Position numbers and translations under genes: made by a program
Part shown: positions 1 through 9,395 of the stretch, piece after piece
Layout: each line of letters starts with the position of its first letter
How positions within the stretch are numbered: position 1 is the stretch's first letter
Assembly: GCA_016712285.1 (NCBI GenBank)
Contig: JADJRK010000001.1
Location: 2,300,885-2,364,884 of the forward strand
DNA length: 64,000 nt
Source: Planctomycetota bacterium
GTDB taxonomy: Bacteria; Planctomycetota; UBA8742; UBA2392
Direction: 5' to 3'
The notes under the pieces: generated by a model
Databases searched by the model: none
What the model was told of the DNA's origin: nothing
Seen by the model: the letters and a program-made list of their open reading frames with translations, nothing else

Positions 1-1243
1 GGAACAGCGGCGTGATACGCAGAAAGAACGGGATGCGAGGCAGCTCAAACGTGTAGCGCGCCTCAACTCCCCACGCGTCGCGCGTAAAGCGGCCGTCTTC
101 CGCATGAATGTAGTGCGACTGCACAAACAGGTCGCCGCCGGCAAGGCGAAAAGCGAAGTCAATGTTCGCACCCAGCCTCCACTTGCCCCGACGCACACGC
201 CCGTTGGGGTCGGCCTGCGTGCCGCCCTTGAAGGGAATGCGCATCATGCCCTCAATCAGCGCCACTTCGTTGCGGCTTAGCTGATCGATGCTGCCCCAGC
301 CCAGAATGTGGATGTAATTGGTGTTGGCGGCGGTGACGGCTTCGGGGCTGAAATGCGAGTCGTTGCGCAGGAAGCTCGTGGCATTGAAGTCAAAGATGAA
401 CCCGGCACCGAATTCGGACTGGATGTAGCGGCTGACCTCGCGGGGGTCGTCAAGGCCGCGGATGTAGCGGGTCTTGTCATCCTGCATCATGGGGTAGTTC
501 AGGCTGTCGTCGACATGGCCGCGGCCGAGCAGCGTGCCGTCGCTCAGCGCACCCACCATATAGAAGTTCTGCATGATGCGCAGCGTGTACCGGATCTGCG
601 CTACTTCATCCTGGTGAAAGGCCCGGTGGCCCAATGCCATCGTCTCGCTGCCGCGGGACTGGCGCCAGAAGTGCCCGTCGATGCCAAACAGAAAGCTGTC
701 CGCGATGTATCCCGACGGCAGAAACTGTCCCAGCGGCTTGTTGTAGACGACGATCGCCTTGGGGACCTCGATGATGTCCTGGTCCAGCAACGAGTAATCG
801 CCGTTGTACTGGATGCTCAGTTCACTCTCGACCACGTCGCTGTAGCCGGCAAACACCGTGAACCACGCGCGGCTAAGGTTGATGCCGCTTGCCGCGCGCG
901 AGCCGCCGCCCGGCTGGTCACCCTTGGGACTGTGCTGGCCCTGGCGGTATTTGACCATGATGCCGCCGCTGAATTCGAGAAAAAGTTCACGCCGCGAACG
1001 CAGGGGCGCAAAATCTTCAAATCGACGACGTACCGCATCGTCCACCTCGTCGCGGATGAGTTGCTCAAAGCCCGTGCGCTGGCGGGCAAGTGCCGCTTCA
1101 AGTTCCTCGCGGGTAATGCCGCCTTCGCGGCTTTCGCCGTTGCCGCCGCCATTGTCAGGCGGAAGGGCCGGTTGTGCCGCAAGCGGGCCTGCGACCAGGG
1201 TGGCCAGAAAGATGAACCGAATCACGGACGTCAAGACCTTCAC
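1..1243 (-). CDS. Putative secreted / outer-membrane porin-like protein (C-terminal end runs off the window)
   Basis: My own minus-strand translation from GTG at 1243..1241 stays open to base 1. The N-terminus VKVLTSVIRFIFLATLVAGPLAAQ looks like a signal peptide. Later segments look like beta strands (GANIDFAFRLAGGDLFVQSHY, WGVEARYTFEL). It is absent from the ORF track because no stop codon lies inside the window. Confidence 0.6.
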   Translation of the reverse strand, partial: MKVLTSVIRFIFLATLVAGPLAAQPALPPDNGGGNGESREGGITREELEAALARQRTGFEQLIRDEVDDAVRRRFEDFAPLRSRRELFLEFSGGIMVKYRQGQHSPKGDQPGGGSRAASGINLSRAWFTVFAGYSDVVESELSIQYNGDYSLLDQDIIEVPKAIVVYNKPLGQFLPSGYIADSFLFGIDGHFWRQSRGSETMALGHRAFHQDEVAQIRYTLRIMQNFYMVGALSDGTLLGRGHVDDSLNYPMMQDDKTRYIRGLDDPREVSRYIQSEFGAGFIFDFNATSFLRNDSHFSPEAVTAANTNYIHILGWGSIDQLSRNEVALIEGMMRIPFKGGTQADPNGRVRRGKWRLGANIDFAFRLAGGDLFVQSHYIHAEDGRFTRDAWGVEARYTFELPRIPFFLRITPLF

Positions 1244-1420
1244 GCGTCGAATTGTGAGGGGTTGGGGGTCAGTCGTCAACGCCCGCTTGAACCTTGTGCA
1301 GTTAGTTCGATAATGCTTGGGTTCCACAGCAGGCAAGCTACATTGACTCCCCCTTGGGGGCTGTTAGGTTAGTCGGATTGTCCAAATTGGCGAGGCCCGG
1401 CGGAAGCGGGGAAGGAACGT

Positions 1421-2191
1421 ATGCCCCATACCGATGCCGGTTCTAAGGACGGCGTCATGGTCGTGCGCATGGTCACGGCTACGGATGTCGGCTTGCAACG
1501 CAAGAACAACGAAGACTCCTGCGCAACGCTGGACGATGCAGGGCTTTGTGTGGTTGCAGACGGCATGGGTGGCCACTTGGGGGGCGAAATTGCCTCCAAC
1601 ATTGCCATTGAGACCGTGACCGAAGCGTTCAAGTCTCGCGGCAAGGGCGGGCACGACGAACGCAAAGACGCCGAACTGCTTCAAAAGACGATCAAAGCCG
1701 CGAACAAAGAAATCTACCGCCGCGGCAATGCCGACGCGGCCCTCAAGAATATGGGCACCACGATTGTGGCTGCCGTGTTCGACGGCGACTACGTCGTGAC
1801 CGCAAACGTCGGCGACAGCCGCATTTACAGGCTTCGGGACGGAAAACTGGCGCAAGTGACCGAAGACCACTCGTGGGTCGGCGAGTTGCGCAAGAAGAAC
1901 CTGATCAGCGAAGAAGACGCCCGCAGCCACCCACTCAAGAACATCATTACCCGCGCGCTCGGCATGGAACAGACCGTCGAGGTCGACGTGAAGTGGGAAA
2001 AGGCCAAGGCCGGCGATGTCTATCTGCTGTGCACGGACGGCTTGACCGACCTGGTGCCCGACGGTGAGATCCAGGCCCACATGTTGAAGCCGGGCACGAC
2101 GCTTGAAGCCATGGCTGCCAGCCTGATCGAAGCCGCCAACAACGCCGGCGGCAGCGACAACATCACGCTAGGCCTGTGCCGGGTCGAGTAA
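1421..2191 (+). CDS. PP2C-family Ser/Thr protein phosphatase
   Basis: 256 aa. Motifs: RKNNEDS, VVADGMGGHLGGEIAS, DGLTD, GGSDNIT. SD-like GGAAGGAA lies upstream of the ATG. Confidence 0.9.
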   Translation: MPHTDAGSKDGVMVVRMVTATDVGLQRKNNEDSCATLDDAGLCVVADGMGGHLGGEIASNIAIETVTEAFKSRGKGGHDERKDAELLQKTIKAANKEIYRRGNADAALKNMGTTIVAAVFDGDYVVTANVGDSRIYRLRDGKLAQVTEDHSWVGELRKKNLISEEDARSHPLKNIITRALGMEQTVEVDVKWEKAKAGDVYLLCTDGLTDLVPDGEIQAHMLKPGTTLEAMAASLIEAANNAGGSDNITLGLCRVE

Positions 2192-2215
2192 TCAGACGAA
2201 ACAATTGCAGCGCGG

Positions 2216-2434
2216 CTACTTCTCGCGGATCTTGCGAAGTTCCTCAGCAATTTTGCCAAGGTGGTCGTTGGTCTTGTCGAGCTTGTCGGCAATCGGCTTG
2301 AACGTCTTGAGCTCTTTGACCTCGCTGGTCAGGCTCTCCACGGCGCGCTTGAGGTAATCGACCTGCTTGCCGATGTCGGCAAGGTCATTGATTTCGCGGG
2401 CGACGTCTTTGATGGCGTTAGATTCGTCAGACAT
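2216..2434 (-). CDS. Small coiled-coil protein, unknown function
   Basis: 72 aa from ATG at 2434, with GGAGG 7 nt upstream. The sequence is heptad-like and charged (MSDESNAIKDVAREINDLADIGKQVDYLKRAVESL...). The track ORF begins at an upstream TTG. Confidence 0.55.
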   Translation of the reverse strand: MSDESNAIKDVAREINDLADIGKQVDYLKRAVESLTSEVKELKTFKPIADKLDKTNDHLGKIAEELRKIREK

Positions 2435-2580
2435 GGCAACCTCCGGGGGCACCAATCGTGCCTGCGCCGGCGGCCCGTGGCAACGGGATTTCGGCTGTTA
2501 TCGGCCCCTTTGAAGCGTACAATGCAGCACGCGCCGCCCCTGGCGCTTCCCCGAATCCCCTCGTTGCCTGGCAAGGTCCC

Positions 2581-3348
2581 ATGGACCCGCAGCTTGCGCA
2601 TGTGTTGAGTCGCCTGACGCCCGAAATCGAGGCGGCACTGGAGGCCCATTTCCCGCCCCAGCGTGGCGCGCTTGGCCAGTGCATGCGCTATGCAACCTTC
2701 AGCGGCGGGCGCCGCATGCGCCCTGTGCTGTGCCTGCTCGGCGCGGACTTCTGCAACGTCAAGCGCCAGCACGCCTTGCCACTTGCGGCCGCCATCGAGT
2801 TTCTGCACACCGCCAGCCTGATCTATGACGACTTGCCGGCCATGGACAACGCCGTCCACCGCCGGGGCCAGCCGCCGGCCCATGCAGACTTTGGACAGGG
2901 CGTGGCCTTGCTGGCGGGACTGTCGCTGGTATCCCATGCGTTCGGGCTGCTCGCGCCGTATCCGGCGCTGGTTGAGCTCGCGTCACGGTGCGTCGGTGAC
3001 ATGAGCAGCGGACAAGCCATCGATTTGCATGGCGGCGACCGCAGCCCGCGCCACTATCTCAAGACGACCGCTTTATTCCGTCTCGCGCTGACAGCCGCAG
3101 GCACCGCGACTAACGCTGAACCAGGAAACCTGCAAGCCCTTGAGGCCTTTGCCACGCATTTCGGCACGGCCTATCAGCTCATGGATGACGCTGATGACGA
3201 AGGCGCCGGTCAGCTTGCTGCGCAATCGGCGTCTGAGCTGGCGTTGGCGCAAGCGGCGCTGCAACCCTACTTGGGCAACAGCGCCGCCAGAAACCTGAGC
3301 GACTACGCCAGACAAGTGCTGCACGCGGTGGCGAGCATCGATCGCTGA
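2581..3348 (+). CDS. Polyprenyl diphosphate synthase (FPP/GGPP synthase family)
   Basis: First Asp-rich motif LIYDDLPAMD and second motif QLMDDADD. The start is set at the internal ATG 2581 (MDPQLAHVL). The track ORF starts at 2458. Confidence 0.85.
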   Translation: MDPQLAHVLSRLTPEIEAALEAHFPPQRGALGQCMRYATFSGGRRMRPVLCLLGADFCNVKRQHALPLAAAIEFLHTASLIYDDLPAMDNAVHRRGQPPAHADFGQGVALLAGLSLVSHAFGLLAPYPALVELASRCVGDMSSGQAIDLHGGDRSPRHYLKTTALFRLALTAAGTATNAEPGNLQALEAFATHFGTAYQLMDDADDEGAGQLAAQSASELALAQAALQPYLGNSAARNLSDYARQVLHAVASIDR

Positions 3349-3354
3349 TACTCG

Positions 3355-4467
3355 CTACTTCTTGCCTTCGCCTGGCATCCGGATGCGCTTCATCGGCACC
3401 CACTCGTCGTCGCTGTCGGGAAAGCCATCGTAGTGGACAAAGTGCATGCCCAGCCGGGTCTGCATGACCTTGGCTTTGTACCACTCGCCGTCGAACTCAA
3501 CTTCGACCGCCGTGCCGCCAGCCAGAACCTTTGGCTGCCACTTCCGCAGCGCCGTCGGCTCCACCCAGGCGTCCCACTTCTTTTCCCAGCCGATCCACGT
3601 GATGAAGCACTTGCCGTCCTTGTCGTCGAGAACTTTCACCTTGTACCACTTGCCCTCTGATTCGCTTTCGCAGCGCTCTCCGGTGCGGCCGGTGCGTTTG
3701 CCCTCAACTTTGGCGAACCTGGTGTCGACGTCAAAGCCGCCGGCGGCTGCGCTGCATGAAAGCTGCTCTTCGCAGAACGACATCTCTGCTTCGCAGTACG
3801 CGGCGGCCTCTTTGAAAGTCAGATTGCCGTCTTCGTTGGCGTCCAGCAGGGACGAACCCTGGATCAGGTCCACCAGCGCCTGCGTGAAGGTCCAGTTGCC
3901 GGTACTCTTTGAGGTGGCGTGCGCGCTGGTCAGTACGCCGTACTTGAACTTCTTGCGCTTCTGGGCCTCGTCGGCCAGGGCGCCGCTGTGGCAGCAGTCG
4001 GCTGTCACGAGCACGTTGGCACCTTTGAAGCCTTTTTCGATGGCGTCATAGATCAACGGCACGTGCCAGAAGGTCTTGGCGAACTTGGGTTTGCTGTCGT
4101 AGCAGATCAGCGAAACCGGGCGCGCAGCGTCGTAAAAGTCGCGTGACCCGTGGCCGGCGAAGTAGAAGAGCAGGGTGTCGCCCTCGCCGGTCTTGGCCAG
4201 CAACTCGTCGAGCGACTTGGCACAGTGGTCGCGCGTCGCCTGCTCGTTCTTGATGAAAGTGATGTGGTCTTCGGGCACGCCGCGCTTCTTCAGTGCATCG
4301 ATCATCACTGCATCCACCCGGCCTTCGTCGGGCCAGGTGCCCAGCTTCTTGTTCTGGTACTGCAACACGCCCACCGCGAACACCCAGGTGTTCTCAGGCT
4401 GCCACGACGTTTCAGCCATCAGGCAGTTGGCAAACAGCAGCAAAGCCACTGGCAGTACGAATCGCAT
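3355..4467 (-). CDS. Secreted caspase-like (peptidase C14) protein with EF-hand-like loop and two Tudor/Agenet-like C-terminal modules
   Basis: 370 aa from ATG 4467, with GGGAGAG upstream. Signal peptide MRFVLPVALLLFANCLMA. Catalytic dyad motifs YFAGHGS and ADCCHSG. Calcium-loop-like DANEDGNLTFKE. Repeats GKWYKVKVL... and GEWYKAKVMQ...HYDGFPDSDDEWV. The 931-aa track ORF continues into antisense of the next gene. Confidence 0.85.
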   Translation of the reverse strand: MRFVLPVALLLFANCLMAETSWQPENTWVFAVGVLQYQNKKLGTWPDEGRVDAVMIDALKKRGVPEDHITFIKNEQATRDHCAKSLDELLAKTGEGDTLLFYFAGHGSRDFYDAARPVSLICYDSKPKFAKTFWHVPLIYDAIEKGFKGANVLVTADCCHSGALADEAQKRKKFKYGVLTSAHATSKSTGNWTFTQALVDLIQGSSLLDANEDGNLTFKEAAAYCEAEMSFCEEQLSCSAAAGGFDVDTRFAKVEGKRTGRTGERCESESEGKWYKVKVLDDKDGKCFITWIGWEKKWDAWVEPTALRKWQPKVLAGGTAVEVEFDGEWYKAKVMQTRLGMHFVHYDGFPDSDDEWVPMKRIRMPGEGKK

Positions 4468-4755
4468 GGATCTCTCCCGTCGGTTGGCGGGCAGCATACC
4501 CAACTTTGCCCCGGACGCGATGCTGCGGTGGCCTGCCCTGCAAGGGCGCCGCCGGCGGCAGGGGTCAAAGTGTTGTGCCCATTGGGCGAGTCTGCGCAGC
4601 GCGGTGACTGGCCGTTGCGGGCAGGGCTCGAAGTCGTGTGCGCGGGTGATCGGGCGGGCGCCGCAGTTTATAGCCATATAATCTGGTCTTCTTATCGTGA
4701 TTTGCGCTTGAACCCGTACCATGGTCCGGGAGCACATTGTTTCTGGAGCCGTCCC

Positions 4756-6279
4756 ATGGCCTTCGATCTGGACCAACTCAGGCTGGACATCCCTACCGAG
4801 TCTCCCGGGCCGCCGGCGGGTGTCAGGTCGGTGTGGCGCGCCACGGCCATCATGTTGTTCACAGCCTGCCTTGCCCTGATTGCCTGGTCCTTTTTCGTCC
4901 CGCGCACCGATTCGGGTGCCGTCGTGGTTCCTGTGCACGTCGTTGCGCCGCTCACCGCGACCGATCTCACGGCCTTCACAGCAGGCGGGTGGGTCGAACC
5001 GGCCTGGCCGTCCCCCACGGTCGTGAGCGCGGTTGTCGACGGTCGGCTCGATACGCTGCACGTGGTCGAGGGCCAATCGGTGGTCAAAGGCGAAGTAATC
5101 GCCACCCTGTACAACCAGGTCTATCGCGACAGCGCCGCCGCCGCCGAAGCACGCGTGGCCGCGATGGAGGCTGAAGTCGAAGCCCTTCAGGCTGCGTTGG
5201 CGCGGCTGCGCGCGGGAACGCGCCTGGAGGAGATCGCGGTCGCACAGGCCGAACTGCGCACGGCGCAGGCGCAACTGAAGTTGATGGAAGCCGGGTACCG
5301 TGAAGAAGAAGTCGCCCAGCTTCAGGCCCAGCTCGAAGCGACCCGGGTTCGCGCAGCTTTCCTGGCGCGCCAGGCCGAACGCAGCCAGGTCGACGTGGAC
5401 AAGACCGTTACTCGCGCGGTTGCCGACCGCGATCGGTCCGCGGCCAACGAGGCCCTGGCTGATGTGCGCGGGCTTGAGGCGCGACTCAAGTGGCTGCAGG
5501 CGGGCCACCGTCCCGAAGAAGTAGATGAGTCGCGCGCAGCCGTAAGCGCCCTCGAAGCCCGGCTGAAGTTGCTGCAGGCCGGCACCCGCGCCGAAGAGTT
5601 GACCGAGGCAGAGGCACGCCTGGATGCCGCAAGCGCGAGACTCGAAGTAGCCGAAGCCGACCATGCCGCCGCCCAGCGGGCCGTGTCTTACTGCCTCGTG
5701 AAAGCGCCCCACGACGGAATCGTACTGGACATCCTGGCGCCGCAGGGCAGTTGGCTGCACGGCGAAAAGCGTTCGATAGTGCGGCTTTACGATCCGCAGC
5801 AGATGCAGGCGCGAGTCGATGTACGGCAGGAAAACGCCACATCGCTTGAGATCGGCCAGCCCTGCAGCGTAAAGCTGGAGTCGCGCAAGGGCCGCCCCTA
5901 TGGCGGTCGGCTGTTGCGCATCGATCCGCAGGGCAACCTGGCCCGCGACACGGTGCGAGTGCACGTCGCGATAGAAGAACCCGACGCAATGCTTCGCCTC
6001 GACCTGACCGTGACCGTGGACTTCTTGGAGCGCGAAGCGTCGCGGGATGAAGCCCCGCTGGTGTTGCCGCCGGCGGCCGTGACCAAGCGTGACGGTGCAA
6101 ACTGCGTCTTCGTCGTGCGCGGGGGCGTTGCGCACCTGACCGTAGTGCAACTCGGCCCGGAAGCAGCGGGCGGAACCACCGTGCTTGGCGGCGTCACAGC
6201 CGGCGAGATCGTGGCAACCGGCAACCTCGCGTTGCTCGCCGACGGCACGCCTGTGCGCCTGAAAGAGGAAACGTCATGA
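4756..6279 (+). CDS. HlyD/MacA-type periplasmic adaptor (membrane fusion protein)
   Basis: 507 aa from ATG 4756. N-terminal TM segment (ATAIMLFTACLALIAWSFF). Long coiled coil with four AG-x-R-x-EE repeats. C-terminal beta-barrel-like part. The stop overlaps the next ATG (ATGA). Confidence 0.85.
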   Translation: MAFDLDQLRLDIPTESPGPPAGVRSVWRATAIMLFTACLALIAWSFFVPRTDSGAVVVPVHVVAPLTATDLTAFTAGGWVEPAWPSPTVVSAVVDGRLDTLHVVEGQSVVKGEVIATLYNQVYRDSAAAAEARVAAMEAEVEALQAALARLRAGTRLEEIAVAQAELRTAQAQLKLMEAGYREEEVAQLQAQLEATRVRAAFLARQAERSQVDVDKTVTRAVADRDRSAANEALADVRGLEARLKWLQAGHRPEEVDESRAAVSALEARLKLLQAGTRAEELTEAEARLDAASARLEVAEADHAAAQRAVSYCLVKAPHDGIVLDILAPQGSWLHGEKRSIVRLYDPQQMQARVDVRQENATSLEIGQPCSVKLESRKGRPYGGRLLRIDPQGNLARDTVRVHVAIEEPDAMLRLDLTVTVDFLEREASRDEAPLVLPPAAVTKRDGANCVFVVRGGVAHLTVVQLGPEAAGGTTVLGGVTAGEIVATGNLALLADGTPVRLKEETS

Positions 6280-6983
6280 CGCTCGTGCGTGTTCGGGACC
6301 TGCGCAAGACCTACGAAAGCGGCGAAAACCGCGTAACGCCGCTACAGGGCGTGAACCTGGAAATCCCATCCGGAGAGTTCCTTTCGCTGATGGGGCCCTC
6401 AGGTTCGGGCAAGACGACTCTGTTGAACATCATCGCCGGCATTGACCGTCAGACCTCGGGCACAGTTAACGTCGGCGGGGTCGAACTCGGCAGCCTGTCT
6501 GACGCGCGCCTGGCACGCTGGCGCAATCGCAATATCGGATACGTGTTTCAGCAGTTCAACCTCGTGCCCGTGCTGAACGCGCTTGAGAACGTTGAACTGC
6601 CGCTCATGCTGCTGCCACTGTCATCCCGGCGACGCAGGCGGCAGGCCCAACTTGCGCTCGCGGCGGTCGGCCTGGCTGAACGTGTAAAGCACTATCCGCG
6701 CCAGCTGTCAGGCGGCGAGCAACAACGCGTGGCAATCGCGCGCGCGATTGTCACCGACCCGGCCATCATCGTCGCCGACGAGCCCACCGGAAACCTCGAC
6801 GCCGCCAACGGCGAAGAGGCCCTGTCACTGTTGTCTGAGTTGAACCGGCGCTTTGGCAAGACCATCATCCTGGTTACGCACGACCCCGCAGCCGCGGCTG
6901 TGGCGCACCGTCGCCTGCACCTGCACAAGGGCGTGCTTCACGCGCATGGCGGAGCACCCCTTCCGACTGGAGTCGCGTCATGA
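6276..6983 (+). CDS. ABC transporter ATP-binding protein (MacB/LolD-type)
   Basis: Walker [11 protein letters not shown]-loop, signature [14 protein letters not shown], Walker [14 protein letters not shown]-loop VTHD. Confidence 0.93.
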   Translation: MTLVRVRDLRKTYESGENRVTPLQGVNLEIPSGEFLSLMGPSGSGKTTLLNIIAGIDRQTSGTVNVGGVELGSLSDARLARWRNRNIGYVFQQFNLVPVLNALENVELPLMLLPLSSRRRRRQAQLALAAVGLAERVKHYPRQLSGGEQQRVAIARAIVTDPAIIVADEPTGNLDAANGEEALSLLSELNRRFGKTIILVTHDPAAAAVAHRRLHLHKGVLHAHGGAPLPTGVAS

Positions 6984-8122
6984 AGATCCTGCTGCTTTCG
7001 CTCAAGGGCGTGAAGAACAACCGCATGCGCGCGGCATTGACCATGCTGGGCGTGGCCGTGGCGGTGTTTGTGTTCGTGTTCTTTGCAAGCACGCGCCACA
7101 CCATGAGCAACGTGGTCGCCGAGGCCGGCAAAGACAACAACCTGGTCGTGATGAAGGAAAACACCTGGTGACCGACCCAGAGCGAACTGCCGACGAGTTA
7201 CGTCGCGACCATTGCTGACCTGAAGCACGTCGAAGATGTGATGCCGGTCTACATTTCCACGACCTCGTGCTGAAAGTTCGAACCGGACACGGTGATCGTC
7301 CACGGCGTGGACAAAAGCAAGTTCCAGCGCTTCCGGGCATACCAGGTGACGGAGGGCAGCCTTGATGAATTCATGGCCGCACGCGACGGCGCGCTGGTCG
7401 GCGCCAGCATCGCGCGCCGCAAGGGCTGGACACCCGGGCGCACCGTGGACCTGCAATCGCAACTTGGCCTGCTGATGGAGGTCAAGGGCGTGTTCTTCTC
7501 GGGCAACGAAGAACAGGACAACACGATCCTGGCCGACATCGAATTCGTGCAGGACCGTTACGACGCGCGCGGCAAGGCGAACCAGCTTCTCGTCAAACTC
7601 GCGCCAGACGCCCCAGCCGAGGACGTAGCGGCGGCGATTGATGCCATGCCGCTGCCGGTTCGCACCAGCACGCAGCCGGAAAAGGCGTTTCTTAGCGCGA
7701 TGCTTGAAGACCTGGCCGACCTGATCACGCTCGCGTCGCTGGTTGTGGCCGTCACGATGGCGGTTGTCTTCCTCAGTGTCGCCAACACCGTCGCCATGTC
7801 GGTGCGTGACCGCGTCCGGCAGATCGGTGTGCTGCGAACCCTGGGCTTCAAGCGTTGGCAGATCATGTTCCTGCTGGCCGGCGAATCGGCAATCGTGTGC
7901 GTCGCCGGCGGTCTGGCCGGCGCTGGCGCCGCTTGGCTGGTACTTAGTGTTCAGCAGATATCCGTGCAATCGCGGGCCCTGAACCTGGTGATCTCCATGC
8001 CTTGGCAGGCGCCTGCAGCGGGACTGCTGGTTGCGCTTTTTGTCGGGGTCCTGGGCGCCGCGTGGCCCGCCTGGCGCGCCTCGCGCATGAACATCGTGCA
8101 GTCGCTGGGGAGCGTGAGCTGA
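6980..8122 (+). CDS. FtsX/MacB-type ABC permease interrupted only by two in-frame TGA codons (7169..7171 and 7271..7273): selenocysteine candidate or recent pseudogene
   Basis: Track ORFs 6980..7171 and 7292..8122 are in the same frame (offset 312). The 120 nt between them translate without a frameshift as W-TGA-PTQSELPTSYVATIADLKHVEDVMPVYISTTSC-TGA-KFEPDTVIVHGVDKSKF. N-terminal TM helix, then a periplasmic domain, then the C-terminal FtsX helices (VRQIGVLRTLGFKRWQI). Confidence 0.6.
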
Positions 8123-9270
8123 TGCTGCCGGTGCGCTACAGCCTTCGCAACCTGCTGCGCCGCAAGATGCGCACGCTGCTTACTGTACTGGCGATCGGCA
8201 TGTCGGTGGGAGTGAGCGTTGGCCTGTTCGCCTTTGCCCGCGGCGTGCTGGCAACGGCGCGAGATTCGGGTTCGCGCGAGAACGTCGTGGTCATGGACCG
8301 GAAGTCCGCAAGCGCGGCATTCTCAAGCATCCGCCTTGGGGACTACAACCTGCTGCGCAGCTTGCCACAGGTCGCTCGCGATGCGTCGGGCGAGCCTATG
8401 CTTTCGCCCGAAGTCGTGCATCGATGCCGCGTGCAAGTCGGCGAACAGCGCGACCGCGCCGGCACAATTCGCGGGGTAACGTCCCGCGCCTTTGACGTGA
8501 ATCGTCGTTTGCGCATCCTGCATGGCGAGGCCCCATCGCGCGGCCGCAACGTGGTTGTCGGCGACCTTGCGGCGGCGGCCTTGCGGATTCCGGCTGAACA
8601 ACTGGCGATCGGTCGAGACATTGAGTTCGAGGGCGAGACCTGGAGCATCGTCGGCGAATTCACCACCGGCGGCTCGGCGCTGGACAGCGAGATTCTGACC
8701 GACCTGAGCGACATCATGGCAGTGCTGAACCGCGACACCTATTCGCTGGTTCTGGTGCGCGCCGCTAGCCACGCCGATGTCGCGCCGCTGGTACTGGCAT
8801 TGACCAGCCGCAACGACATCCAGATGAAAGCGGTGGCCGAAACCGAGTACTACCGCGCCATGGCCGAAGGCTACCAGCGGATCATCCTGCTGGTGGTTCT
8901 GGTCTCAATGATGGCCGCGCTCGGCGGACTCGTCAGCGGCATGAACACGATGTATGCGTCGATTCTTGGCCGCATGCGCGAGATCGGCACACTGAAAGTG
9001 CTGGGGTTCGGTAACGGGTCGATCCTCGCCGCGTTTCTCGTCGAGTCGCTCGCACTTGCGCTGGCTGGCGCAGCGATCGGATGTGCGCTGGCGTGGCCGG
9101 TGGACGGCATGGGTGCACGATTCACTTCCTCGGCGCTGCGCGTCTCGGTCGATGCCTGGGCCATCGGTGGCGGCATCACTGTGGCGGTGGTCATCGGCCT
9201 GCTTGGCGCGGCATTGCCGGCCCTCAAGGGCCTACGCGCCACGGTCACTGACGCCCTGCACGGCGGTTGA
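8122..9270 (+). CDS. FtsX/MacB-type ABC permease (second permease of the system)
   Basis: 382 aa from ATG 8122, which overlaps the previous stop by 1 nt. N-terminal RNLLRRKMRTLLTVLAIGMSV and C-terminal MREIGTLKVLGFGNGSI FtsX motif. Confidence 0.85.
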   Translation: MLPVRYSLRNLLRRKMRTLLTVLAIGMSVGVSVGLFAFARGVLATARDSGSRENVVVMDRKSASAAFSSIRLGDYNLLRSLPQVARDASGEPMLSPEVVHRCRVQVGEQRDRAGTIRGVTSRAFDVNRRLRILHGEAPSRGRNVVVGDLAAAALRIPAEQLAIGRDIEFEGETWSIVGEFTTGGSALDSEILTDLSDIMAVLNRDTYSLVLVRAASHADVAPLVLALTSRNDIQMKAVAETEYYRAMAEGYQRIILLVVLVSMMAALGGLVSGMNTMYASILGRMREIGTLKVLGFGNGSILAAFLVESLALALAGAAIGCALAWPVDGMGARFTSSALRVSVDAWAIGGGITVAVVIGLLGAALPALKGLRATVTDALHGG

Positions 9271-9395
9271 ACCGGCCCTCATGCCGGCTGGGTGCGGCAA
9301 CTTGCCGTCCCTTCCTCTAATCAGATATTCGGATATGGTAGGCGCTTATATTGGACGCCACGCATCAACCCGGCCCTACCAAATAGAAAGTCACC

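Noticed and set aside
308-1372. 354-aa plus-strand ORF (and the smaller ORFs at 817..1182 and 858..1313)
   Set aside because: The composition is Ala/Val/Gly/Arg-rich and low in complexity, and the ORF lies antisense to a coherent signal-peptide protein that I could translate on the minus strand (1..1243). This is a typical shadow ORF of high-GC DNA.
4150-4755. N-terminal 202-aa extension of the 709-aa ORF 4150..6279
   Set aside because: It is antisense to the caspase-like gene and shows no protein-like features. A good start with an SD exists at 4756, directly before the TM segment of the adaptor.
4468-6150. Upstream 560 aa of the 931-aa minus-strand ORF 3355..6150
   Set aside because: Only the part from ATG 4467 has an SD, a signal peptide and recognisable domains. 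The remainder is Arg/Gly/Pro-rich and runs antisense to the HlyD-type adaptor gene.
6938-7969. 343-aa minus-strand ORF across the permease gene. The same verdict applies to 9321..10103, 13231..14253, 24587..26083, 25696..26781, 30532..31662, 35794..37590, 44242..44898, 48815..50752, 52373..53155, 56563..57912, 60224..61243 and 61655..63010
   Set aside because: All lie antisense or out of frame to genes with clear family motifs. They have Arg/Ala/Gly/His-biased composition and lack SD contexts, so they are high-GC shadow ORFs.
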